Shown: positions 1 through 10,778 of the stretch, in pieces
Layout of the letters: every line of letters begins with the position of its first letter
Position numbering within the stretch: position 1 is the stretch's first letter
Source: Eremomyces bilateralis CBS 781.70
Taxonomy: Eukaryota
NCBI GenBank assembly: GCA_010015585.1
Contig: ML975186.1
Reading direction: 5' to 3' (one strand)
Length of the DNA: 22,447 bases
Translations under genes and position numbers: made by a program
Notes under the pieces: model-generated
What the model was told of the DNA's origin: nothing
Database searches by the model: none
Seen by the model: only the letters and a program-made list of their open reading frames with translations

Positions 1-3000
1 GTTATTCAAACGGGCAAACGACATGGTGTCGTTGCGCAATTTGACCTGCGGGATGCGACATTTGTTATTATGACAAGCTGAAGAGAGGAAGCTTCTAGGA
101 GTCAGGGACCTGAGACCTCCTCCTAGTCGAAGGGTCAATAGGACGACGGGTCGGGACAAACCCTGCTTCGCGTGGATGGGACCAAGGCGCAAGGCGGCAA
201 GGATCTTGGACGGATGGACGGAAGCCCCGTCAGCTTTGACATCGGGGTGGGTGTACCGTGTAACTGTGCATGAAGATTAAAATACCGTGGTGGGTGATTA
301 CATCTTCGTGGAAAATGAATCAGAGAATGGATAATGGAAGGTGACGAAGTAAGAACTGACGATCTTTGGATTCTTAGCTCCCGACGCCACGCGGTTGCGT
401 TCCTGCACTGCGTCCGTCTTGGGAGAATTCCAGTATACGGAGATTTTCGTCCCACTCGTCCTGGAGTCTTGTACTGGGAAACTTCAAAATCATATATCTT
501 ACGGTGCTAATAGGATTACTTGTCTCGTCATCCGTGAATTTCGGACATGTTCTATCCTGGAAACACCCCTAGATAACCGACGAGGCGGTGGCACAAGCCA
601 CAAGGGACTTGGCGGAGTCTGGCAGCCTAGAGCATCGAAACAACGGCCTCATTCACTATAGCGGACTCATTTCCTGTCCCGCGATTCTTCATTACGGATT
701 CTATTTGGGAAGCTCTGAAGAGTGAAGACTGAAAGCTACCGTACGTGCGTACCATCGAGAAGCGGATGGCTCCATGTGCAGTGCAACAACCACTAGCACC
801 ATGGCAACCCCCTTCAATGAATCACCCGAACTTCTGTGGACCGAGGAGTCTACAGGCACCAAGCCAAGGTTCAGGTGGTAATTCTATCAAGTTATCTCCT
901 GCAGTACAGATGTACAGCAAGTCCTATCTTTCGGCATGGGAATTTCATACTCTATACCGATGCTTGACTATTCCAACAGGGTCGTAGTTTTAGGGCTTGG
1001 AATAGCTGCTGCTTTGAATTGTCCATTTGGCACTTAAATGATCTGATCCTCGGTCAGAGGTGTCGATACGGAGCAAGGAGGTCAAGGCTAAAAGTTGTAC
1101 ATAATAAACATTATTTCACTCTAGGGATAGGCTTTAATCAATTACCTATTGGACTCGAGGATTGGACCCTCTAGAGTGTAAGGGAGGGGTCGACGGGAGC
1201 TTAGGAGAAAGGTGATGCTGCATTCCCATTGTGAAGCACATCCATTATCCCCTCACGGATCACGGATTGATAGCCTTGCGAAATCATATGAAGGCTACGA
1301 ACGACCAGCGGCAGCGGCATTTGGATCCTGCGAAACCGTCCTGGTAAATGTGACAGGTTGCTTTTGTTCCATTCGCCGTCTGCACCTGGTTAGTCACTGG
1401 CCTTCAAATGCCACCTTTGCGACGCCGCTCTATTACTGCAATATCAAATTCATATGGTTCTAGTTTGCTGGGATCACCGACGCTGCGGCATGCCGCAGTC
1501 TGCACGACAGTTAGAACGAAGCTGACGCTGCAGAAAGGCGAACCGCAGCGTTAGGATCCTGATATGCATCCTGAGAGAGGCTCAGCAAAGACATGCAGCA
1601 GTGCAAGCGGTGGTCGTGATCCTCCGTACACTCCATTCCTTACATTCCTGGTGGAGTCCAATCGAGCGGAATCACATTACACAAATCGCACCCAATTGCT
1701 CTCACGGATGGCCCGGATCATGGCTCCCCTCAGGGCTCAGCATGAAGTCTCGTGATGGGGTGTCTGAAGAGCCCAATGTGCTCCCTAGCTGCAGCGGAAA
1801 CGCTTTGCAATTGGCAGTGACCCTCGCCGGTCTGACAAGGCGATGATAGGATCAGGATTCTGGCAGAATACAACTGTAGGGTGGATTCCTAACTTCAACG
1901 CCTCCCACCACCGCCAATCGTATCACGTATGGTGGAAACTGTACCTTTCAATTTGCATGGCAGCAGCGCTGCGGCATGCTCCGCGATACCACGACCCCAC
2001 AAGACTACCTCCGGATGACGTCGGATATGGGAAGTTTTTTTTAGTTCGGGCTGTGTTCCATTCACCGTTTACAAGAACTGGCAACTAGCAAGAATAGCCT
2101 CCAACATACATCGAGGAGGAGAACACCAAGTTTGGAGAAGATACGCTGCGCTGTGGTGTCCTGTCGAATACCGCTGCATGAAGAGTCGGTCAAGGATACC
2201 ATTGCGGAGGACCTGGATTGGACACGACATTCAATAGGCATATCACGAACAGGCCAGCTATCGTGATCCATAATCCATCGTGATTGTGTAATTCGGAAAT
2301 CCACGACGCATTCCCCCATGCAAGGTTTCCACCACTGGCAGGAAGGCGGTGTCCAAGCTCCGCTGACTGATGGGGGATAAATCGGCGGTTACATATGCAG
2401 CAAGGAGCGTTTTGGGGTATTTGGGAGTTTGGACTGATATCTCGCGGCCAAGGCCGATGACTGAGCTCTCCAAATCTCGACAGCCGCGGCAGGACAGAAA
2501 TTGAATGAAGCATCGTGAACATCCCGTCTAATATCCCGCTCGCCAATCCTCCAACCACCCCAGGCATATCGTTCATGTAGTCAGCTTCAAAGTCGAAAAC
2601 AGCATGCACCAACCCAGGTAAGTAGGTATTTTCCCACCCCGTCCAAAACCCTGCGCAAGCCCCTGTGCATCTGTTCCTTTTTCCGGTCAAGATACAAGTC
2701 GAATGGGAAGCCTATCGCCAACTTTTGTGCAACCGAGCCAAACACGCGTGATCTTCGTTGCGCTGCGCTCAGCGGATGAGCCTATCTCGCTTCTGGATGA
2801 ACTCGACGGAAGCGTGCCGTCACTGTTTCGCCGTTTCGCAATTGTCTGATCTGATCTCAATCCAGTCGGCATCGCTAGAACTTTAGTATTACGGGATCAG
2901 ACCACGTCGAATCGCCGCCGGTCCCTTTTCCACAGCATCGACGAATCAGGAGAAGAACATCACGATCAGCATTCTCCTTTCTGGCCTCTAGAAAATCGGC

Positions 3001-3091
3001 CTCGCGCTGTCAGGCCGTCACCCATCCTTCAGTGGCAATCCAAACCGACTGTTTCAACGGTTATCCAGATCTGCAGCAAGGACAGTGGATA

Positions 3092-3123
3092 ACAAGTGAC
3101 AAGTGACAAGTGACAAGAGACAA
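3092..3123. repeat. Short tandem repeat, unit ACAAGTG
   Basis: ACAAGTG at 3092, 3099 and 3106, then ACAAGAG at 3113 and ACAA at 3120; read directly. Confidence 0.85.
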
Positions 3124-3849
3124 CTTAACGAATAACAAGGGGCGGTGAGCCACATGCTAAAATCCTATACGGATGTCGGATCGACTTGAGTCTTGACTCT
3201 CTAGTTTCTAGGGCCATCAAGTGAGAAACCAAATTAATCGTAGGTTGGTGCCAATCAAGGCATTCAAGAAGCGAACGCGTGGACATGGAGCGCATGCCGC
3301 ATGGACCTCCCTTGTCCCCAGCTTACTGGTAACTATTATTGATATGACGAGGTGGATGGGGATGAATACGGAGTAAGGGGATGATTGTGTCCCTGCGCTC
3401 GGTAAAATGTGTTACCTCCTTTTTTTACACCTCCAACTCGGCTCCAAACCTCCCAGTGGCTCGGTACAATACAGAACGGTGTATTAGGTTGCAGGTATTG
3501 AATCCAAACCGACGTAATTAACACTAACCTTGCACCAATCCCTGTCCGACCTAGATTTCCCCACAGAAATTCTAATTCCTTCTGTTAATCCCTTCTTTCA
3601 AATCAAAGTTTCAAACATGAATGGAAGTTTGGAGTTTTAACGGACATCAGCGCCCCACGACCCACAACAGGAATCATCGTCATCAGATCACAGATGGTTT
3701 CCAGTCATAGCTAAAGTATGAGGGAAATTACTGTGGTATTAGCACGGTAGCTCACTGTCTCCTGTAATCCCGCCCTGTACTCCGTAACTTAGCTCCAGCA
3801 AAAGCTTTTTTTTGGTGGTTATCGTTGGATTTTTCCCAGCTGAAACGCT

Positions 3850-4150
3850 CATCCTTCTGTTCCCTATCGTTCTTTCCTTTCTTCCTTCCTATCTTGCCTA
3901 TTTCAACTTTCACTTTACACATCGCTCCTTCCACAATAATTCCTCCCTCACCTACTTTTACCCCCCGATCCTCCCTCCTCTTCCTCCTCTCTTTCTCTCT
4001 TTCTCACTTTTCCATTTTCTTTCTACTTCTCTCTCTCACATCTATCCCATCTCATCGAACTCAGCTTCTTCTCAACTCTACTACACCTTCATCCAATCGG
4101 CTGGCCTTTGCATTGCATTGCATTGTTACGCGAAAATCTTCTCCCTTCCC
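3850..4150 (+). promoter_or_regulatory. Pyrimidine (CT)-rich tract, probable core promoter / transcription start region of the PLC gene
   Basis: About 300 nt strongly C/T-rich on the + strand upstream of the PLC ATG. CT-rich tracts commonly mark start regions in filamentous fungi. The start site itself is inferred. Confidence 0.55.
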
Positions 4151-4820
4151 TAACTGGCTCTTCGCGCGGTGCACGAGGCTTCTACACTCCTTTTAGGAAA
4201 TCCATCAACACGGCCACCTGCCGACCTCCCACCACCACTCACATATCGAAGCGCGACTCTGGAGCTCGCCTGATACCATTCCACTTTCGATTCCACCTGC
4301 AGCTGTCCGACGCAGCTATCCGACCGAATTTCCTACTCCACATTCCACACAAGCATTGTGCATTTGGCCCTTGGCGCAAGACATCGCATCCCGGACAGCT
4401 GGTCCTGGATATCGGTCACGGACGATTTTCCGATCATTGCAACGTCGAATTGCAGATCCAAGCCATCGCATTCCGCACGAGGACAACCACTCAATCCCCC
4501 AGCCGTCTAACCCCTAGGAGACGCTGCGCTGTCTACAAAAAGTCGGAACGATCCACCGTGTGCACAGCATTCTCGCTGCAGCCCCTATACCCACGTGGTT
4601 GAGCCACTTTTTAATTTATCGCGATCCTCCAACGCGGCTTGTTCCCGCTCCTGCATCAGTGTCGGACTGTCCCGCAGTGCATTTTCTCCGGTTTGGTTCA
4701 GGTTGTTCGGTGTTGCAGCTTTCCCTGCCATAGCCCTCACCCCGTTCGTTGTCACTATCCTATTTCCCGGGTTTTGTACGACGTAACCGTTTCGAGCTTC
4801 GCATTCCCATATCCGCTACT

Positions 4821-4853
4821 ATGAGGAAACACGCCGATTGCACCGTCCCATAG
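4821..4853 (+). other. Candidate upstream ORF (MRKHADCTVP*) in the PLC leader
   Basis: ATG at 4821, TAG at 4851-4853, out of frame with the PLC ORF, ending 71 nt before the ATG at 4925. It is the only ATG I found on + between 3721 and 4924. Confidence 0.45.
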
Positions 4854-4924
4854 GGGACTTTTTTCTCAGATTCCTAGAAATTCTTTCCACGCTCCTCCGC
4901 ACCTCTCGTTTTCCTCAGCCCGCG

Positions 4925-7900
4925 ATGACATCGTCCGCACCTGGATCGATCGCTTCGCCCGAAGATGGCGCCCCTAACGACACCGTATCGGAGCCTCGCA
5001 CTCCGTTGGCTCCCTTTCTTCCTCCTCCAATACCTATACAGCGCATCATCGCCTCCATTCCCTTGACGGTGACCCCACCCTCAGCTGCTCCTAGGTCGTC
5101 TTCTCCGCGCATCAGTCCTTGCTCCACCTCCGCTTCCCAGTTGGGTCCGAATACCTCCGTCCAAACGACACCGGAAGCCCTGGTACCTCAAATGCCGCAT
5201 TCACACAGTATGGCTGCTCCATCGGAGTTTCCGGAGACATCCATGACTTCCCCCGGATCGCAAGTCATATCGTCCCCTTCCGCCATGGCGGAGGCGGTCG
5301 CCATCAATCAGCGAGGTCCTGGTCTCCTGCGACGATTGTCCCGAGGTGCACGGGGAGCCCAGACCAAACTCTCCATGAGGCGAACATCCGTCTCCCGGGC
5401 AACCCGGGATCAAAGCGCGGGACCGGTCATGCTTCGACGAAGAAGCGATAGCAATCGCGACATGACGGACGGCACGATGGATGTCTCGGACCTCGATTTA
5501 GATATTCGTGAGGATGAGGCAATTGAAGATCTTGGTGAAACGATATCGCAAGATAGCGTGTCCAATGCTCTGCATATCTATAAGTCTCCCAGCGTCGGCT
5601 CCATGGCGGATAGCGGAGAGCTCGGCGGAGACGGACCGACCCGGTCACATATCCTTCAACAAGGCATGTTCCTGACCAAAGTCAACCGAAAAAAGACAAA
5701 GAAGATCATGTTTCGACTCGACTTTGACGCCGCAAAGATCTGCTGGGAATCGTCCAAAGATCTCTACATTGACGATATCCGCGACATCCGGAAAGGAGAG
5801 GAGGCGCGCCATGATCGAGAAGAGCGTCGTGTATCAGAGGACGAAGCTCGCCGGTGGTTCACGATTGTGTACTCCGATCCCGAGAAGCAGAAGGGAAGAC
5901 ATACGAAGACATTGCACTTGATCGCCGAGACGGAACATGCATTGTTCCTTTGGACCCAAGCGCTCGATTTCCTGTCGAGGAGTCGAGTTAAGTTCATGCA
6001 AGGCCTCCATGCCGATCCTGAGACCGTTCTGAGGGATCTGTGGATGGTCGCGATGCAGAAAAGATTTGGCGGCTCCGAGCATCGAGAAGAGGATGAACGA
6101 GTCGACCTAGCCAGCGTGAAGCAGATCTGCCGTAACTTGCATATCCACTGCTCAGATCACGCTTTGAAAGAGCACTTCGACCGGAACGATGTTGATCGGG
6201 CTAAATCGCTTTCATTTGCTCAGTTTCAGCGCTTTGTTGGAGACATGCAGGAACGCAAAGACCTCCGAGGCATCTTTGGGAGAGCGTTGCGAGCTGGCGA
6301 GGTCGAGCTTGACAAGGAAAGCTTTTTCCAATTCCTGCGCGGTCACCAAGGGGCTCGGATTGAGTCCGATGTTGCTCATTGGACGACTTTGTTCCATAAA
6401 TACGCTCGAATCGGCAGACCGAAGAATGGTGGTGCTAGTCCAAGTCAATCGGGCTCCGCGTATACGACCATGAACCATCACGGCTTTCAGGCATATATGA
6501 CATCGACTGAGAACCTGGCAATCGATCCACCTAAGCTGCGTGCGGTTCTTGACAGACCCCTCAACGAGTACTTCATTTCGAGCTCACACAACACCTACCT
6601 TTCAGGCCGCCAGGTGGTTGGCGAATCTAGCACTGAGCCTTATATCTCATCTTTGAACAAAGGGTGCCGTTGCGTCGAGATCGACTGCTGGGATGGGGCC
6701 GATGGAGAGCCGATCGTCACACACGGTCATTCCTGGACTTCGAGCGTGCCATTCTTGAAGGTTATCAACGTGATCTCCGAGTATGCTTTCCGAGCGAGCG
6801 ACTACCCTCTTATCCTTTCTTTGGAGGTGCACTGCAGCAATGAACAGCAGGCAAAGATGGCGAACATCATGAAAGAAACGTTCGGCTCTAAGCTTGTACT
6901 TGAACCCCTAAGCTCCGGGTCCACTATGCTCCCATCCCCAGAGCAACTTCGAAATAAAATCTTGATCAAGGTCAAAGCACCGACGGCCATGCCTAGATCT
7001 TCGTCCACATCAGAGAACGCTCCAGTACGCCGAGCGAGAGGATTGAGTTCGCCCTTCTCCAGACCAATCCCTATTCACCCAATCCCCCAGAAAAGTTACT
7101 CCGTGCCACTCTCTAGCCCACCGTCCATGAGTCCTCCGGATCGTCTTGGCAATTTCTGGCAGCAACCCAAGAGCAACATCAGTTCCGTCACGTCCGTTAC
7201 CCCTCCAAGCTCGGCCGAAGAAAGCGACCAAACGGAGCATCTGGCTCGGAAGCAACAAGAGCGGAAGCGATCGCACACCAGCAAGATCGTCCCGGTATTG
7301 GGCAAATTAGGTGTATATTTGCAAGGTTTCTCATTCGATGATTTCAAGAGCACGGAAGCAACCAACTTCAATCACATCTTCTCCTTTTCTGAAAGGAAGT
7401 TTGACCCGATCACCAGAGACGCCATGAAGAAGCCTGAGCTTGAGAAGCACAATATGCAATACCTCATGCGCGTGTATCCACACAATTTGCGCGTCAGGTC
7501 GGAAAACTTCGACCCTTTGAAAGCCTGGCGTCGTGGAGTTCAGATGGTTGCATTGAACTGGCAAACCTACGACTTGGGTATGCAAATCAACGATGCGATG
7601 TTCGCTGGTGGAACCGACTGCACCGGCTTCGTGCTGAAACCAGCCGATATGCGTCCTTCGGAGTCTGCAAACCGCCATCAATTGAACCAGTATCCATACA
7701 AGAAGGCCAAGAAACTCGTCAAGTTCACGGTCGAAATCATGTCCGCGCAACGACTTCCCTGCCCAAAAGATAGCTCCATTGACGCTAACATCAATCCTTA
7801 CGTGGAGATCGAGATGCACTGCGCTGAAGACAAAGGCCGCAATGTCGCATCGGGAGAAGGGGGCATGGATGCGTCCGCACGCAACGGCATATCTGGCATC

Positions 7901-8428
7901 GGATCTCCAGTGACGAAACGGACCAAGATCGTCTCGAATAACGGATTCAATCCTTCGTTCAACGAGAGCGTCACCATGACCCTGGAAACCAAGTATCCTA
8001 GCCTCGTTTTCATCCGTTGGACTGTCTTCAACAGCACAAGCGCTGAAAAGGTCACCAACAAGGTTGCATTGGGCACTTTCACTGCTAAACTAAGCAGTCT
8101 GAGGACTGGATACCGTCATCTGCCACTGTATGACAACAATGGCGAACAATTCCTGATGTCAACCCTCTTCTGCCGGATCTTGAAAGAGGACCACGTGGAC
8201 GTCGGCGAAGTCTCATCGCCAACAATTTGTGCACCTGCAACTTCGACGGTTCCCCTTCACAAGTCTCCCAGTCTCCCTACCAGTCCTCCACCAGAAAAGT
8301 TGGCCAAGCAAGGCTTCTTTCGAAAAGCATTCGCGCGAACCCCAAGCCAACGCAGGAAAAGGGAGATCCTCGGCGACAGCGTTGGAGGCGTGCCGGGCTC
8401 TCCTACGCAGCGGTCCACTTTCAGCTGA
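4925..8428 (+). CDS. PLC1: Phosphoinositide-specific phospholipase C (PH, EF-hand, X, Y and C2 domains), 1167 aa, intronless
   Basis: X-box motifs RPLNEYFISSSHNTYL, GCRCVEIDCWDG, PIVTHG, PLILSLEVHC, KILIKVK. Y-box motifs HIFSFSE, LMRVYP, GVQMVALNWQTYDLGMQINDAMF. C2 motifs NPYVEIE, RTKIVSNNGFNPSF, GYRHLPL. PH-like region begins LQQGMFLTKV; EF-hand-like FDRNDVDRAKSLSFAQF. The first in-frame ATG is 4925 (the track start at 4838 is TTG). Confidence 0.96.
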   Translation: MTSSAPGSIASPEDGAPNDTVSEPRTPLAPFLPPPIPIQRIIASIPLTVTPPSAAPRSSSPRISPCSTSASQLGPNTSVQTTPEALVPQMPHSHSMAAPSEFPETSMTSPGSQVISSPSAMAEAVAINQRGPGLLRRLSRGARGAQTKLSMRRTSVSRATRDQSAGPVMLRRRSDSNRDMTDGTMDVSDLDLDIREDEAIEDLGETISQDSVSNALHIYKSPSVGSMADSGELGGDGPTRSHILQQGMFLTKVNRKKTKKIMFRLDFDAAKICWESSKDLYIDDIRDIRKGEEARHDREERRVSEDEARRWFTIVYSDPEKQKGRHTKTLHLIAETEHALFLWTQALDFLSRSRVKFMQGLHADPETVLRDLWMVAMQKRFGGSEHREEDERVDLASVKQICRNLHIHCSDHALKEHFDRNDVDRAKSLSFAQFQRFVGDMQERKDLRGIFGRALRAGEVELDKESFFQFLRGHQGARIESDVAHWTTLFHKYARIGRPKNGGASPSQSGSAYTTMNHHGFQAYMTSTENLAIDPPKLRAVLDRPLNEYFISSSHNTYLSGRQVVGESSTEPYISSLNKGCRCVEIDCWDGADGEPIVTHGHSWTSSVPFLKVINVISEYAFRASDYPLILSLEVHCSNEQQAKMANIMKETFGSKLVLEPLSSGSTMLPSPEQLRNKILIKVKAPTAMPRSSSTSENAPVRRARGLSSPFSRPIPIHPIPQKSYSVPLSSPPSMSPPDRLGNFWQQPKSNISSVTSVTPPSSAEESDQTEHLARKQQERKRSHTSKIVPVLGKLGVYLQGFSFDDFKSTEATNFNHIFSFSERKFDPITRDAMKKPELEKHNMQYLMRVYPHNLRVRSENFDPLKAWRRGVQMVALNWQTYDLGMQINDAMFAGGTDCTGFVLKPADMRPSESANRHQLNQYPYKKAKKLVKFTVEIMSAQRLPCPKDSSIDANINPYVEIEMHCAEDKGRNVASGEGGMDASARNGISGIGSPVTKRTKIVSNNGFNPSFNESVTMTLETKYPSLVFIRWTVFNSTSAEKVTNKVALGTFTAKLSSLRTGYRHLPLYDNNGEQFLMSTLFCRILKEDHVDVGEVSSPTICAPATSTVPLHKSPSLPTSPPPEKLAKQGFFRKAFARTPSQRRKREILGDSVGGVPGSPTQRSTFS

Positions 8429-9287
8429 TCATCGAGACGGAATCTGAGACGGATTTCTCTCTCACCTATTTGAAGTCGATTAATCCGACCTTGTGTTTAT
8501 TTTCGGGTGTGTAATGATCAGCACGCCCATCCTGGCTGAGTGATTCGGGACTATGTATCCGGCGTTTCACATCGGCAACTTGTGTATAGATTGCATGAGA
8601 AAGGCGCAGATCTATACCATTGTCGTTGTCTCGCGTCCGATGCGCATGCAGCATGCTAGCTTCATTCATGCGTTCTCTCGCTCTTGATATATATACCCAT
8701 GATGTTTTTCCTTCCAGCATGAGCGCGCATGAGCGCTCAACCACTATTGTGGAAGACGTTCTTTATTTTGTGCCCCCGCCAAGTGCTCGAAGGGGTCGAT
8801 GTCACCAAGGGGGTTCGGTGTTCAAAGGCGTTTCTCACGGCGCATGGTTCTCCTCCGTCTTCTCGAGATTGGCCGAAGGTGTGAGGACATAGTCACTTCT
8901 ATGCCTTGCCATTTTCGGGTCTATTATCGAGACAACATTTCCTGAAGGGGCCTGTGGGTTAGGTGAAACATCTGAGGACCTTGCAGCAGGCCGACTGTCC
9001 TACCACAGCTCTCTTTGATAGATGGTCAGCATGGATTCCACGCAGTGCCTGGAAGATGTTGGAGGGGGCAGAAATTTGGTTCGCTTCAAATGTACACTAA
9101 AGGTTTTATCATGCTAGACTTCTTTTATATGTTGACCATATGCATCTCTAGCCACACGGCTGATGACTACTGGAATATGAATGAATTTAATCACGTCCAA
9201 ACTGTCTGCGATGTCCACCTGTGAGACAGTAGACATATTTTGATCGCAGCGTATGCACCTGCTCCTCTGCCTATGACCGTTGCTGTC

Positions 9288-10226
9288 TTACAGTCGGCTC
9301 TCTTGCTTGTCAATATTTTCCAGAAATCGGGCAACGCGGCCAATGGCTTCGTCCACCACCCCGTCTTCATTCCGAGCCATATTATGAGTTGCCTCTTTCA
9401 CGATTGCCGATTCCCCATCCACAATACCACCTTCCCTCTCCACGAATCCCGTCCATCTTTCCACCAGTGCTTTCTTGTCAACCTTCGCCGGCACATGCTC
9501 ATCGCTCCCCGAGAACAGGATCAACAACGGCACCTTCTTTCCCCCCACCACCCCAAACGACCCCCTCAACTGCCCATCCGTCAAATCACTACTGAAGAAA
9601 TCATCCTCCCCATCCTTCCCCGGCGACGCCAAACTCAACCACCTCCTCGCCGTCACTGGCGCCTTCACAAACGGCCTCACCCTCTCCCGCGGCAATACGT
9701 CTTCTCCCCTCCCCTCCGCCACCCACCCCTTCGCCAGCTCATTCAAACCCTCATACACCCCCTCTGGCAGATCATCCACCAGCCCCTCCCGATCCGACAC
9801 CGGTGCCTGCAACACCGCTCCCTCGACCCTCCCCCGCTCCGCGTGCCGTCCGCGCGTCAGATAGTACATGATATCCTGGCACCCGGTCGAGTGCCCCATC
9901 AGCGCGATCTTGGGTGCGGCGCGCGCGGCACGGAGGTACGAGATGCAGGCGGCCAGCTCGTCGGCGTCTTTGGACAGGGAGGAGAGGCCCCAACCGTCGC
10001 GGGTGCTGGAGAGCTGGACTTCGGTGAGGCGCCAGGTGGGAGGAAGGGAGTGGGCGAGGCGGTGGACATAGGGGACAGTGTGGAGGGAGTCGCCGAGGCC
10101 GCCGATCCAGAGGAGGTGAGAGGGAGGGGAGGGAGGGGGGGTGGGGGAGTGTTCGAAGGCGATGAGGCGGGGGAGGTAGTGGTGGAGAATGCCGGGGTTG
10201 GCGGAGGGTTTGAAGGGTGAGGGCAT
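9288..10226 (-). CDS. DUF1749 / UPF0613 family alpha/beta-hydrolase (SidJ-like esterase family), 312 aa, intronless
   Basis: LLWIGGLGDSLHTVPYV, nucleophile elbow LMGHSTGCQD, LQAPVSDRE, RWLSLASPGKDGEDDFFSSDL, LFSGSDEHVP and ATHN give a plausible Ser-Asp-His triad. First ATG at 10226 (MPSPFKP). Confidence 0.88.
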   Translation of the reverse strand: MPSPFKPSANPGILHHYLPRLIAFEHSPTPPPSPPSHLLWIGGLGDSLHTVPYVHRLAHSLPPTWRLTEVQLSSTRDGWGLSSLSKDADELAACISYLRAARAAPKIALMGHSTGCQDIMYYLTRGRHAERGRVEGAVLQAPVSDREGLVDDLPEGVYEGLNELAKGWVAEGRGEDVLPRERVRPFVKAPVTARRWLSLASPGKDGEDDFFSSDLTDGQLRGSFGVVGGKKVPLLILFSGSDEHVPAKVDKKALVERWTGFVEREGGIVDGESAIVKEATHNMARNEDGVVDEAIGRVARFLENIDKQESRL

Positions 10227-10778
10227 CTTTGGTTTGATTTGGATTGCTAGTCTTAGCGGAGGAGATGAGAAGCGGGGTTGTTGAAGTGGGTGGTAAAAGT
10301 GGTAAATCAACAGAGAGATTGGATGGAGCGAATTTCACCAGTGATTTGGAGGGACACTGGACCTCCTAACATTGATTTGGGGGAAGAGTAACCGGGAGGT
10401 CGAGTATGGAGTTCTTTCCAGATATATTACCTCAGGATGAGATTGGTTGCTGGAAGTGAAGGGGAATATATTCCCCAGTAGCACATCTGAGTGTTGGTAG
10501 TCAACACCATATCACGGCATATATGATTTCCATCAGAAATAATCCACATTGACCATACTTACTCAGATCATACTCTGTGATCCGTACATTGGCCGTGTAA
10601 TCTGTATTGCGTAACAATAATTCATGCCAATATTCCTCTTGAATCTCGCCCAGCTTTTCCCGCGATCACGTGCCTCCCTCTTCCAGCCTCCAGCTCCCCT
10701 CCATCATCAAATTCTCGATCTCCCCAAACATTAGGTCGTCGACCTCCAACCTTCACTTCCGTCGAACCGTCTCCAACC

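Noticed and set aside
2613..2625. CTACTTACCTGGG on - resembling the U1 snRNA 5' end (ATACTTACCTGG)
   Set aside because: No U1 stem-loops, ATTGCAC loop or Sm site follow. It is simply the complement of a CAGGTAAGT word.
1..3000. Short ORFs in the left region (e.g. 2190-2690 -, 1843-2088 +, 135-455 -) as genes or a pseudogene
   Set aside because: Mostly non-ATG starts, no recognisable motifs, and no consistent exon chain could be built. A decayed gene cannot be excluded without BLASTX.
3812..4602. Hydrophobic-looking ORFs 3812-4153, 3825-4196 and 4108-4602
   Set aside because: Non-ATG starts; the Phe/Leu/Ser/Pro richness is a by-product of the CT-rich tract.
9240..10338. 326-aa antisense ORF (9240-10220 +) and other overlapping ORFs at the hydrolase locus
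   Set aside because: Shadow frames of a GC-rich, skewed CDS; non-ATG start and low-complexity translation.
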